A DNA stretch of 32,000 nucleotides from the NCBI GenBank assembly GCA_016933055.1, contig JAFGBS010000014.1:120001-152000 (forward strand), written 5' to 3'. The notes under the pieces are model-generated. The model ran no database searches and was not told the origin of the DNA. It worked only from the letters and a program-made list of their open reading frames with translations. Below, piece by piece: positions 14,166 through 23,439 of the stretch. This DNA is from Promethearchaeota archaeon. Its GTDB lineage: Archaea > Asgardarchaeota > Lokiarchaeia > Sigyniarchaeales > Promethearchaeaceae. The position numbers and the translations under genes were made by a program. Each line of letters begins with the position of its first letter. Position 1 is the stretch's first letter.

Positions 14166-16582
14166 TATTGAATTATCAGAGTTTTCGTTATTTTTTTCAT
14201 CGGCCGATGTCCACTCAAACGCATAGTTTGTAATTTCAAAAAATCATAACTATCCAAAATCACTAAAACCTCATTTTTTGATAACTCAAAAAGAATTGCT
14301 ATCATTGCTTCAACCTTGCTGAATATGGTCGCCCATCTCTCCGTTTCCGGCGGTGTACAAATTAACTCCTTCGATAATTGCACAATTTCAGAGATAATTT
14401 TCGAGTATTTTGGGTTTGTTAAAATAAGTCTTGATGGAACGGGGATTCTGTTTATAAGATAATAATTCAAATTGATTCCCGTTAGGATAATTCGGATAAA
14501 AAATTCGACCAAGAAACTATTGGACAATGCGAGAAGAAAATACAGCAATTCCTTGTCATCAGCAGATTTTAACGAGATTCTTGTACAGGAATTATCAACT
14601 GCTACATCTTTAGGAGGAATAGAGAAGATAATTCGCTTTGCGCTATTAGGTAAAATATTTCTGCAAATAATAGAATATTGAGGTAATATTAGCGAAGATT
14701 GCTGATCTTCTTTCAAAAATCTTCGGCTTTTTCCATGGAAATAATATGGACCGAAATTTCTACCCCCAAAAATTGATATCATGGTAGAATTCTGAGAAAA
14801 TTTATCTCTATGCCGCGTCACATGAAGATCTTGTGAAAAATTGAGGATTATCTCTTTATTTTTCCAATTTAACTTTTCTAAATTATGGTTAGTATTCATG
14901 ATCTTCTCGAAGACAATCCTTTGTCTCTTATTAGCAAATCCAAATATCTGTAATTCTTCGCCTGATAGATTATGATATAAATGAGGAGAGATAACCTCAA
15001 AAGATTTGAATTTAGATGTTAATTCCTCATTTGAACTGCATTTTTTATAGAGAACTTCAGATTTTTGACCAGATAGCTTCTGAAAAAGAAAAAGAATTAA
15101 CTTCTGATTGGGATCCACATTCTCAAAAATCGTATAGTTATCGGTTAGGTTGGAAAATTCCCAAATTCCAAGGAATTTTCCATTGTTAAGATAGAGGGAT
15201 CGTAAGTTTGCACAACTTTTACTACCAAGGAAGTTATGTTGCACAATTAGAGAAATAATCCCGTTATTACTCACAATTTTAAATGCGATTTCCAGAAAGT
15301 ACTTATATAATTGAGGATCTCCTGTGTAGATTCTACCTTGAATAAAGGAACTTTGATGGGAATAGCTTAGATTAGAGATAAGGTTTGTTTCTAGGGTTAT
15401 ACGATTTGAGTAACCTTCGTACGCTTCAGCTACTGATGTATTATTCAGTAGTTGTTTCCGAATATTATCTTGCTGCAATCTCTCCAGTTTAATAAAATCC
15501 TTGCAATAATTACTAAAAAACTCGCGATCGTTTGGTTTTAAAATTTCCCATGGGGGATTACCAATCACAAGATTAAATCCACTATGAGCCTTATCCCTTG
15601 TAAAAACTTCAGGAAATTGCTTGCTCCAAATGAAACCTTTACGACGGTAAATCTTGATTTTGATATTATTGTCTTCAGGTTCTTTTTGTGAAGTTAAAAT
15701 AGTATTTTTACAGATCAAATGAGAAATGTTCCGTGGTGGTAGGTTTATTATAGAATTAATTTTCAAACTGATAATAATTTGTGCCATTCGGTATATTTTT
15801 TCATCCATCTCGATTCCATAGATGCAATTATTAACTATATAATGACCTATTAGAGTATTTTCCTCTTTCTTTGAAACATTTAAGCAAAAATTAATCAAAT
15901 TACAAATCCTTTGAACATTCAATTTATCCATTTTAGGAAAAAGAAGATTTTGGAGGATTTTCTTACATTTTTTAAGATAAGAAATTAGAAACGGAATTGC
16001 ACCACACAAGAAATTTCCAATTCCCATAGATACATCGATTATACGAAGTGGAACTGTATTGATCAACTTTTCCAGGGATTGCTTTTGGTTCGACTTGTTT
16101 ATTTTCAACAAAATGTCATTGATGACTCGAAATTTTTCTCGAGAAATGTGTCTGATAGCTTCTGCGACCATGAACTCGCTCATAAAATGGGGGGTATAAT
16201 AGGTCCCTCGGGTTTTGACCGATAGTTGTCGTTTATCCCCATAATTTAATTCAGCACTAATCATATTTTTATCTGTATTAACCACCCATTTTATGCGTAA
16301 ATGGGAAAAATGGTTGAAAATTTTAATTAACTCTGCAGAAAGATCACCCATATATTCTAAGTAGTGCTTTTGAACCTCTTCCATAGTCTTCAACAGAAAA
16401 AAAAAAATAAGTTCTTTTGAATTCTCCCCTTGATTGAGAAACTGTAGTTTTGGGTTCCAACCGTCCTCTAATTCTGCAATTAAAGAAGAATTCGTTATAT
16501 TTTCCAATTCTTCTAAAGGTGTAGTATTAATAAAACTTTCAAAATTGGGTAAAAATGATGAACTTATGTGATTGACATCCAT
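14135..16582 (-). CDS. Eco57I/TaqI-like N6-adenine DNA methyltransferase with C-terminal target-recognition region
   Basis: RGTYYTP, motif I IIDVSMGIGNFL, IYGIEMD, motif IV NLVIGNPPW, LYKYFLE, C-terminal LLALSNSFLVEFF...NRIPVP. Confidence 0.82.
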   Translation of the reverse strand: MDVNHISSSFLPNFESFINTTPLEELENITNSSLIAELEDGWNPKLQFLNQGENSKELIFFFLLKTMEEVQKHYLEYMGDLSAELIKIFNHFSHLRIKWVVNTDKNMISAELNYGDKRQLSVKTRGTYYTPHFMSEFMVAEAIRHISREKFRVINDILLKINKSNQKQSLEKLINTVPLRIIDVSMGIGNFLCGAIPFLISYLKKCKKILQNLLFPKMDKLNVQRICNLINFCLNVSKKEENTLIGHYIVNNCIYGIEMDEKIYRMAQIIISLKINSIINLPPRNISHLICKNTILTSQKEPEDNNIKIKIYRRKGFIWSKQFPEVFTRDKAHSGFNLVIGNPPWEILKPNDREFFSNYCKDFIKLERLQQDNIRKQLLNNTSVAEAYEGYSNRITLETNLISNLSYSHQSSFIQGRIYTGDPQLYKYFLEIAFKIVSNNGIISLIVQHNFLGSKSCANLRSLYLNNGKFLGIWEFSNLTDNYTIFENVDPNQKLILFLFQKLSGQKSEVLYKKCSSNEELTSKFKSFEVISPHLYHNLSGEELQIFGFANKRQRIVFEKIMNTNHNLEKLNWKNKEIILNFSQDLHVTRHRDKFSQNSTMISIFGGRNFGPYYFHGKSRRFLKEDQQSSLILPQYSIICRNILPNSAKRIIFSIPPKDVAVDNSCTRISLKSADDKELLYFLLALSNSFLVEFFIRIILTGINLNYYLINRIPVPSRLILTNPKYSKIISEIVQLSKELICTPPETERWATIFSKVEAMIAILFELSKNEVLVILDSYDFLKLQTMRLSGHRPMKKITKTLIIQYYDSISSRLT

Positions 16583-16585
16583 TCG

Positions 16586-17533
16586 CTACAATAATATCTT
16601 GTCCTTGTCTAATATATATTTTCCGAGAGCAAGCGCACCTAATAACCCAATTTCATCTCCCAATTTGGTTAATTTTATGGAAGGAACTCGATTTATAGTG
16701 AATTTTATAGTTTGTTTTTCAAAATTCTCTAAAATAACGGGAAGAATCAGATCAGCATCGTTGGTAATTGCACCCCCAATATAGATGGCTTCAGGATCAT
16801 AAAAATTATTAATTAACCCGATTCCTACCGTATTATAAAAATTTGCTTGATCTACTATCTTCTGTGCCATAGTATTACCTTTTCTAGCATTTTCATATAG
16901 TTCTTTAGTAGTCCATTTTTTCCCCACAGCAGAAATTTGTTTTGATAATCCCGATCCCGCACTGAAGGATTCCCAACACCCTGAAGCGCCACAACTGCAT
17001 TCAACTGGCGATATTGGATTAATCATACCATGTCCTGCTTCGGCAGCGTTTCCATCTTTTCCGCGCAATAAATGTCCATTTACAATAACTCCTGCTCCAA
17101 TTCCTGTTGACATTGTAATGTATACCAAGTTATCCTTTTCATCGTCGGTAGCTTCATAAAAGTGAACTCCTAGAACTGCACCATTAGCGTCGTTGATCAT
17201 ATTACATTCAACAGAGGGAAAAGCTTGTTTAATTGGACCTTTTATTCGGATAGTTCTATGTCCAAGATTAGCGTTATTGAAAATGACACCAGTTTTCACG
17301 TCTAATGGACCTGCGGTTGCAATATTTATAGAAACCAATTCGGTAACTTGGATCATGTTTTGAGATAACAATGATCGAATCATTCGGATGATTTGTCTGC
17401 TTAATGCACTCTCGTCTGTTTTTAAAGTTCTTTCTTTTAGTTTGATGATAGTTTCCTTGTTCATATTCTCAAAAGACGTAATACAAGTCCGTATGTGAGT
17501 CCCGCCTATATCCACTCCGACTAAATATTGCAT
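16586..17533 (-). CDS. ROK family sugar kinase (glucokinase-like)
   Basis: GVDIGGT, NDANGAVLG, STGIGAGVIVNG...GNAAEAGH, CSCGASGCWE zinc motif. Start set to ATG 17533 (the track's 17548 is TTG). Confidence 0.92.
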   Translation of the reverse strand: MQYLVGVDIGGTHIRTCITSFENMNKETIIKLKERTLKTDESALSRQIIRMIRSLLSQNMIQVTELVSINIATAGPLDVKTGVIFNNANLGHRTIRIKGPIKQAFPSVECNMINDANGAVLGVHFYEATDDEKDNLVYITMSTGIGAGVIVNGHLLRGKDGNAAEAGHGMINPISPVECSCGASGCWESFSAGSGLSKQISAVGKKWTTKELYENARKGNTMAQKIVDQANFYNTVGIGLINNFYDPEAIYIGGAITNDADLILPVILENFEKQTIKFTINRVPSIKLTKLGDEIGLLGALALGKYILDKDKILL

Positions 17534-17677
17534 ATACCAAATATCCAATTCTTAGTTTAAAATGTTTAACGCATTTACTAATAATGAATAATTCAAATTG
17601 ATTAAATTCATATGAAATATATTTACCGAATGGTACCACTCTAGAGCAAAAGCGATTAAAAACCGGTTGGATACAAA

Positions 17678-18475
17678 ATGAAAGTAGGATATATTCAGAA
17701 TTACCCTGAAAACGGGAACAAAGAAGCTAATTTTCAGCAAGTAGAAAAAATTCTTGGTGATAGAAAAGCAGATTTGATTGTTTTGCCAGAATTATTTGCT
17801 ACAGGATATATATTCGAAAATACAGACGAAGTAAGGCAATTATCTGAAGATTTCACGGGGGAAACCACCCAATTTCTATATAAAATGGCGCGTAAAACCG
17901 GTGCGACTATGGTTGGAGGTTTTGTCGAATTTGGTGAGGGTAAAGCATTCAATTCAGTAGCATGTGTTTCTGCAGATGGTTTAGTTGGGTCCTATCGTAA
18001 AATCCATTTATACGGCAGAGAAAAAAAATGGTTTTCTCCCGGAAATAAGCCATTACACGTGTTAGAAATTGGTGAAGAAAATGATTGGGTGATCGGTCCC
18101 ATGATTTGCTTTGATTGGGTTTTTCCCGAAGTAGCACGTAGTCTAGCCTTATTAGGTGCGGATATTATTACTCACTCAGCAAATCTGATTTTACCATATT
18201 GCCAAGCTGCAATGATTACCCGTAGTTTAGAAAATCGAATATTCACAATAACTGCAAATCGAATTGGTCGAGAACAAAAAGCAGGATTGGATTTATCTTT
18301 TACGGGAAAAAGTCAGATCGTAAATCCCAATGGTGAGATTCTCTCAACAGCGCCTTTGGATGAGGAGTATATAGATATTGTGGAGATTGATGTCGAGTTA
18401 GCACATGACAAGCAATTTACTAGCATGAATCATTTATTTCAAGATCGACGACCACAATTTTATCATCTGAGATAA
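17678..18475 (+). CDS. Nitrilase-superfamily carbon-nitrogen hydrolase (amidase)
   Basis: Intact Glu-Lys-Cys triad: VLPELF, YRKIHL, MICFDWVFPE. C-terminal DRRPQFY. Confidence 0.93.
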   Translation: MKVGYIQNYPENGNKEANFQQVEKILGDRKADLIVLPELFATGYIFENTDEVRQLSEDFTGETTQFLYKMARKTGATMVGGFVEFGEGKAFNSVACVSADGLVGSYRKIHLYGREKKWFSPGNKPLHVLEIGEENDWVIGPMICFDWVFPEVARSLALLGADIITHSANLILPYCQAAMITRSLENRIFTITANRIGREQKAGLDLSFTGKSQIVNPNGEILSTAPLDEEYIDIVEIDVELAHDKQFTSMNHLFQDRRPQFYHLR

Positions 18476-18554
18476 ATCCTTTTTTAAATTATTCATATTC
18501 AATTATTTTTTCACTAATAATGGGTCTTATAATGAAATCGATCTTCCATTAATT

Positions 18555-20000
18555 ATGGGTGGTCTATTCGGAATAGTATCACATACGGATTGCGTGTCAG
18601 ATTTATTCTACGGAACAGATTACCACAGCCATATGGGGACCAAACGTGGAGGTATGGCAGTCCTTAATGGCCTTGGGATCAAACGGTATATTCATGATAT
18701 CTCCCAAAGCCCATTTCGTTCGAAATTTCAACCTGATTTGAATAAATTAAATGGCACAATGGGTATTGGAGTAATAAGTGATACTGATGATCAACCTCTA
18801 ATTATTCGGTCTCATTTAGGGACTTATGCTATAGTAACTGTAGGCAAAATCAATAATCTGTCAGAACTTGCAGAAAATGCTTTTAGAAAGGGCACTTCTC
18901 ATTTTTCTGAAATGAGTGGCGGTGAAATTAATCCCACGGAATTAGTTGCTACTTTGATAAATAATGGAAAAAACTATGAAAGGGGGATACTGCGTGCTCA
19001 AGAACTGATAGAAGGATCGTGCAGTTTATTACTTCTTACTAATAAGGGAGTATATGTTGCACGGGATAAGCACGGTCGAACACCATTAACTATTGGTGAG
19101 AAACTCAATTATCAAGTACCTGTCGGTCAAAAAACTCTTATAGATCCTCCTAAAAGCAGAGTAGTGACAATGGAAACGTCAACATTTCCAAATTTAGATT
19201 ATCACAAGGTAAGACATTTGGGACCTGGTGAAATTGTACTCATTCACAAGAATGGAATCGATCTAATTAAACCCCCTAATCACAATAACCACATCTGTGC
19301 CTTCTTTTGGGTTTATTATGGATATCCCGCCTCCTCTTATGAAGGAATAAATGTAGAACAAGTTCGATATAAATGCGGGGCTGCACTCGCAAAAAATGAT
19401 GATATTAAGCCTGATATTGTAGCGGGTATTCCCGATTCGGGAACTGCACATGGAATAGGATATGCAAATGAATCGAATTTATTCTATGGTCGTCCTTTTG
19501 TCAAGTATACCCCTACGTGGCCACGGTCGTTTATGCCTCAAGATCAAGAAATACGGGATGAGGTTGCTCGTATGAAACTTATTCCTATCAAGGAATTAAT
19601 TCAAGGAAAATCGCTGCTTTTCTGTGAGGATTCGATTGTACGGGGTACCCAATTAAAAGAAACCATCAAATCGTTGTATGATCGCGGTGCAAAAGAAGTT
19701 CATATGCGGGTGGCTTGTCCTCCTCTAATTTTTGAGTGTAAATATCTTAATTTCTCACGGTCTAAATCTGAGCTCGAATTAGCGGCTCGAAGAGCAATTC
19801 AGAAAATCTCGGGAGAAAATACTAAAGACTTGAGAGAATTCCTCAATCCGGAATCGCATAAGTACAAACAAATGGTTGAAATAATACGTAAAGAATTCAT
19901 CTTAACCTCTCTGAAGTACCAAAAAATGGGGGATCTGGTTGAAGCGATCGGATTACCGAAAGATCAGTTATGTACATACTGCTGGGATGGTGTAGAATAA
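18555..20000 (+). CDS. purF: Amidophosphoribosyltransferase (PurF)-like protein lacking the N-terminal catalytic Cys
   Basis: VAGIPDSGTAH, YTPTWPRSF, EDSIVRGT (PRPP motif), RVACPP, LCTYCW Fe-S ligands. N-terminus is MGGLFG instead of MCGIFG. Confidence 0.88.
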   Translation: MGGLFGIVSHTDCVSDLFYGTDYHSHMGTKRGGMAVLNGLGIKRYIHDISQSPFRSKFQPDLNKLNGTMGIGVISDTDDQPLIIRSHLGTYAIVTVGKINNLSELAENAFRKGTSHFSEMSGGEINPTELVATLINNGKNYERGILRAQELIEGSCSLLLLTNKGVYVARDKHGRTPLTIGEKLNYQVPVGQKTLIDPPKSRVVTMETSTFPNLDYHKVRHLGPGEIVLIHKNGIDLIKPPNHNNHICAFFWVYYGYPASSYEGINVEQVRYKCGAALAKNDDIKPDIVAGIPDSGTAHGIGYANESNLFYGRPFVKYTPTWPRSFMPQDQEIRDEVARMKLIPIKELIQGKSLLFCEDSIVRGTQLKETIKSLYDRGAKEVHMRVACPPLIFECKYLNFSRSKSELELAARRAIQKISGENTKDLREFLNPESHKYKQMVEIIRKEFILTSLKYQKMGDLVEAIGLPKDQLCTYCWDGVE

Positions 20001-20086
20001 AGAAATTCTTCGTGAAATTGACCTTTCACGTGCAATTATGATACAGAGAAATACTTCATCGGACCACGTAGATGTTATAAATCAGA

Positions 20087-21319
20087 TTAGGGTGCCATTT
20101 TTCTTTTCCGCATTATATGCACCAAAACAAGTGAAACCCCAACTAAAAATATACCTATGATAGAAGCCAATAGTACGATTCGAAACTGAATCTGCAACTG
20201 ATCACTAAAAAGAGTAAGTATTCCTCCAAATAAGTTGCCAAACACTATTCCTGCAATGTTCACAAACCCCGCGAGTGCCATGTTGCGAATTGCTTGGGAT
20301 TTATCCCACTGATGGGAGGCAAGATATTCCGTAGATAAGCGAAATGTATAAGCAGGCCATATCCAAACTAGAAAAATAATAACAACATTATTACTCAGAA
20401 GACCTAAGTAAACCAATAAATAAGAGATCCATCCAAAATGATAGAGAGTATTTGGTCCAAATCGATCTAGAATTCTTCCAAATAGGTAAAACATGAAAAT
20501 CGCAAGAATCCCGGGTATTGCGTTGGATAATCCGAAAAACCAAGTAGGCAGATCAAGAAACTGTAAATAGGCAGATAATAACCCAAAAAATGAGGTAGCC
20601 GCAAATAGTAATATGAATTGATAGATCAGTGCTTCTTTAAACGACAATATAGATTGATAAGGGGGATGGACATCTGCTAAACTTGGATCTGGGTACAAGG
20701 TCTTATCACTAGTTTCTGGGGTCACCATTACGGGTAGAAGGGGGATAAGGATAATAGTTACGGCAGACAAGGCGATTGCAATAAGAATCATTATGAAAAG
20801 AGGAACAAGATCATATAGAATACTACCAACCAATATACCAATTGCCCATGACAAGGATTCTACTATATTTATGCTACTTAGCGATTTACCTCTATTTTTT
20901 GCCTTGATATTATGGGAGGATAAGTAGGTTTTTATAGCGGGAATGTAGGCTACAATGAATAAATTACATACTCCAGTCACCAGTAACAATAGATATGAGT
21001 TATTGGTGAGTCTATTGACAAAATATAAGGCAACAAATTGAACCAAATTCACCCCAAATCCTACAATTACTAAGAATCTGACATTACGTTTTTTCTCTGC
21101 AATCCAGCTAAACAAATACATAGTAGTCGCTTGAGCGAAAAAAGGTGCTACCCATATGAGTATTGCAATAAATAATCGCATCCGTGGACTAGTTGATTTT
21201 AAACTGTCCAACGATAAGAATGGATTAATAAAGTATATGCAAAATTGGGATAAAAAATAGGAAATATACAAGAACAAATTAGAATGTCTTTTTTCCATGG
21301 AATAAACTCCATTATCCAT
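20087..21319 (-). CDS. MFS transporter
   Basis: About 12 hydrophobic helices; RGKSLSSINIVESLSWAIG; GRILDRFGP (motif A-like). Alternative start at ATG 21298. Confidence 0.82.
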   Translation of the reverse strand: MDNGVYSMEKRHSNLFLYISYFLSQFCIYFINPFLSLDSLKSTSPRMRLFIAILIWVAPFFAQATTMYLFSWIAEKKRNVRFLVIVGFGVNLVQFVALYFVNRLTNNSYLLLLVTGVCNLFIVAYIPAIKTYLSSHNIKAKNRGKSLSSINIVESLSWAIGILVGSILYDLVPLFIMILIAIALSAVTIILIPLLPVMVTPETSDKTLYPDPSLADVHPPYQSILSFKEALIYQFILLFAATSFFGLLSAYLQFLDLPTWFFGLSNAIPGILAIFMFYLFGRILDRFGPNTLYHFGWISYLLVYLGLLSNNVVIIFLVWIWPAYTFRLSTEYLASHQWDKSQAIRNMALAGFVNIAGIVFGNLFGGILTLFSDQLQIQFRIVLLASIIGIFLVGVSLVLVHIMRKRKMAP

Positions 21320-22490
21320 GATTGGTTTTATTTTTGATGAAATCTACAATTTCATTTCGGAAATCGTGAGGTTCTGTTTCAAGCTTACCTTGTGCATTGT
21401 GAGAATTACCTCCGCCTTTTCCTCCAAATTTTCCGCATAAATGATTAACAAATTCATTTGAAGGTACACGAGTTGAGGAGGATAAGATTAAATACAAATT
21501 GTCTTCCAACTTTGCAATAAGGATGGCATTTTGTCCTAATAACTCGAAGCCGTTCATAATTGCTTTTTTGTTAATGGGATCTTCCAAATACCGGTAGATA
21601 ATCCCTTCAATATCTATACCCGGGCTAAATGGGAGTAATTCCATTACACGGTATCCCAATTTGGTCTCATTTTTCGCACTTATTATGAATTTTTCAAATT
21701 TATTCGTAAATATCTGTTCAAAATCATCCATAGAACATGCAAGTTTTTGTGAAACAGTGATCGCTCCAAAATTAATCAACGATACATGTTCTATAGCTTT
21801 TTTACCACAAAAATACGTCACTTCGCAATTTCGATTTATTTTTATTATAATGATTGGTCCAATCTCCGTAGTGGTTCGTACATGAGTTCCACCGCATGTG
21901 TTATAATCAACTCCTTCCACCTCTAAAATACGTATACTCTCCATTTTTGGTACCTTTCCGCGTATTTTGTTCGCATATCTCTGCTGAGCAGTGTTATAAT
22001 CTAATGTGTGAGAAATTATTTTTCGATTCTGAGAGGTATACAGAATATTGATTTCTTTTACAACTGATTCTAATTGTTGTTGTGTAAATGGCTCGAACTC
22101 GATAGTTACCTCGTCTGGTTTTATGTTTGCATGATTAGTTGTAACGTTATGCTGCTGTAACATAACGGCGGAAAAAATGTGTTGACTTGTATGAGCTTTC
22201 ATAATCGCATACCGACGTTCCCAGTCTAAATTTGCTTTTACCTTCTGTCCTATACAATTGTTGGATGGAGGAGGGTGAATAAAGTGCAGTATTTCCTCAT
22301 TTTCTTTTTCTACATTGATCACTTTGTGATATTTTCCATTGATCGTCAAAGTACCCGTATCGTGAATTTGATTTCCCGCGGTAGCGTAAAAGAGAGTTTT
22401 ATCTAGGATTATCGCTCCTTTTTTAATGGCAATGATTTTTCCTGTGAACTGTTTTTTGTATGGTTTTTCCCAGTAAAGAGGTATAGTCAT
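21312..22490 (-). CDS. alaX: AlaX-type trans-editing aminoacyl-tRNA deacylase with C-terminal DHHA1/C-Ala domain
   Basis: LDKTLFYATAGNQIHDTG; DWERRYAIMKAHTSQH (HxxxH); TCGGTHV (CxGxH); C-terminal GKGGG. No aminoacylation domain. Confidence 0.88.
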   Translation of the reverse strand: MTIPLYWEKPYKKQFTGKIIAIKKGAIILDKTLFYATAGNQIHDTGTLTINGKYHKVINVEKENEEILHFIHPPPSNNCIGQKVKANLDWERRYAIMKAHTSQHIFSAVMLQQHNVTTNHANIKPDEVTIEFEPFTQQQLESVVKEINILYTSQNRKIISHTLDYNTAQQRYANKIRGKVPKMESIRILEVEGVDYNTCGGTHVRTTTEIGPIIIIKINRNCEVTYFCGKKAIEHVSLINFGAITVSQKLACSMDDFEQIFTNKFEKFIISAKNETKLGYRVMELLPFSPGIDIEGIIYRYLEDPINKKAIMNGFELLGQNAILIAKLEDNLYLILSSSTRVPSNEFVNHLCGKFGGKGGGNSHNAQGKLETEPHDFRNEIVDFIKNKTNHG

Positions 22491-22542
22491 GCAATCACCA
22501 TTAATTCTTTATTCTGTGCAATATAGTCTTTTCTGAGATAAA

Positions 22543-23433
22543 ATGTCCCTTCCTCCCTCGCAAATCATTATTCGTCCACCTGTGGAAGCCTACAGTATCT
22601 TAATCCCTGTAACAGGGGGATGCTCTTGGAATCAGTGTAGATTCTGCGGGGTGTATAAGGGAGTTCAAAAATACACCATTCGTCCATTAGACGAGGTTAT
22701 TAGAGATATTGACCTTTATGCGGACTCTTATCCCGATCATAAATGGGTGTTTCTTGCCGGAGGAAATCCCACTTCAGCACCAACGGACTATTTAGTAAAA
22801 ATCTTGACTCACGTCAAAGCCAGGTTCAAAAGTTTGGAGCGACTTAGTACGTATTCCAAAGCTCTAGACATTGTTAGGAAGACGGATGCAGAGCTTATGC
22901 AACTAAAAGAATCAGGGTTGGATATAGTCTATATGGGATTAGAAAGTGGCTCAAATACAGTTCTTAGATTGATGAAGAAAGGTACAAATGACCGTACAAT
23001 TATTACTGTGGGGAGAAGACTTCTTAAAGTGGGTATAAGATTATCTCTTTACGTGATTCTTGGACTGGGTAGCTATGAGCATTCGGATGAACATGTAAGA
23101 GAAACTGCTCGCGTGTTGACCGAAATCAATCCCACAATTTTTCGATTTCGCACATTAAACGTAATTCCTACTGCTCCCCTTTGGCAAGATGTGCAAAACG
23201 GAAAATTCACTGTAATGCGCCCTGTTGACATTCTGAAGGAGGAACGTGACATTCTCATGCAATTGGGTTCGAATGTGACTTCAGAAATGTATAATGATCA
23301 TGTTTCGAATTACTGTACATTCAGCTCCAAGAATGTTTCCCTAGATCGAGAACAATTAATTGCACAATTAAACCGATTAATTGAAAACCCCAAAATTCAA
23401 CAAATGGAGCCTAAATGGCTACTGCATATGTGA
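22543..23433 (+). CDS. Radical SAM protein of unknown function
   Basis: IIRPPVEAYS...GCSWNQCRFCGVY (Cx4Cx2C variant), FLAGGN, YMGLESG, YVILGLG. Confidence 0.88.
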   Translation: MSLPPSQIIIRPPVEAYSILIPVTGGCSWNQCRFCGVYKGVQKYTIRPLDEVIRDIDLYADSYPDHKWVFLAGGNPTSAPTDYLVKILTHVKARFKSLERLSTYSKALDIVRKTDAELMQLKESGLDIVYMGLESGSNTVLRLMKKGTNDRTIITVGRRLLKVGIRLSLYVILGLGSYEHSDEHVRETARVLTEINPTIFRFRTLNVIPTAPLWQDVQNGKFTVMRPVDILKEERDILMQLGSNVTSEMYNDHVSNYCTFSSKNVSLDREQLIAQLNRLIENPKIQQMEPKWLLHM

Positions 23434-23439
23434 TTGTGG

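Noticed and set aside
13800-16582. AdoMetDC plus MTase as a DNA hypermodification system
   Set aside because: The genes are convergent, not operonic, and no aminopropyltransferase or other modification enzymes are present.
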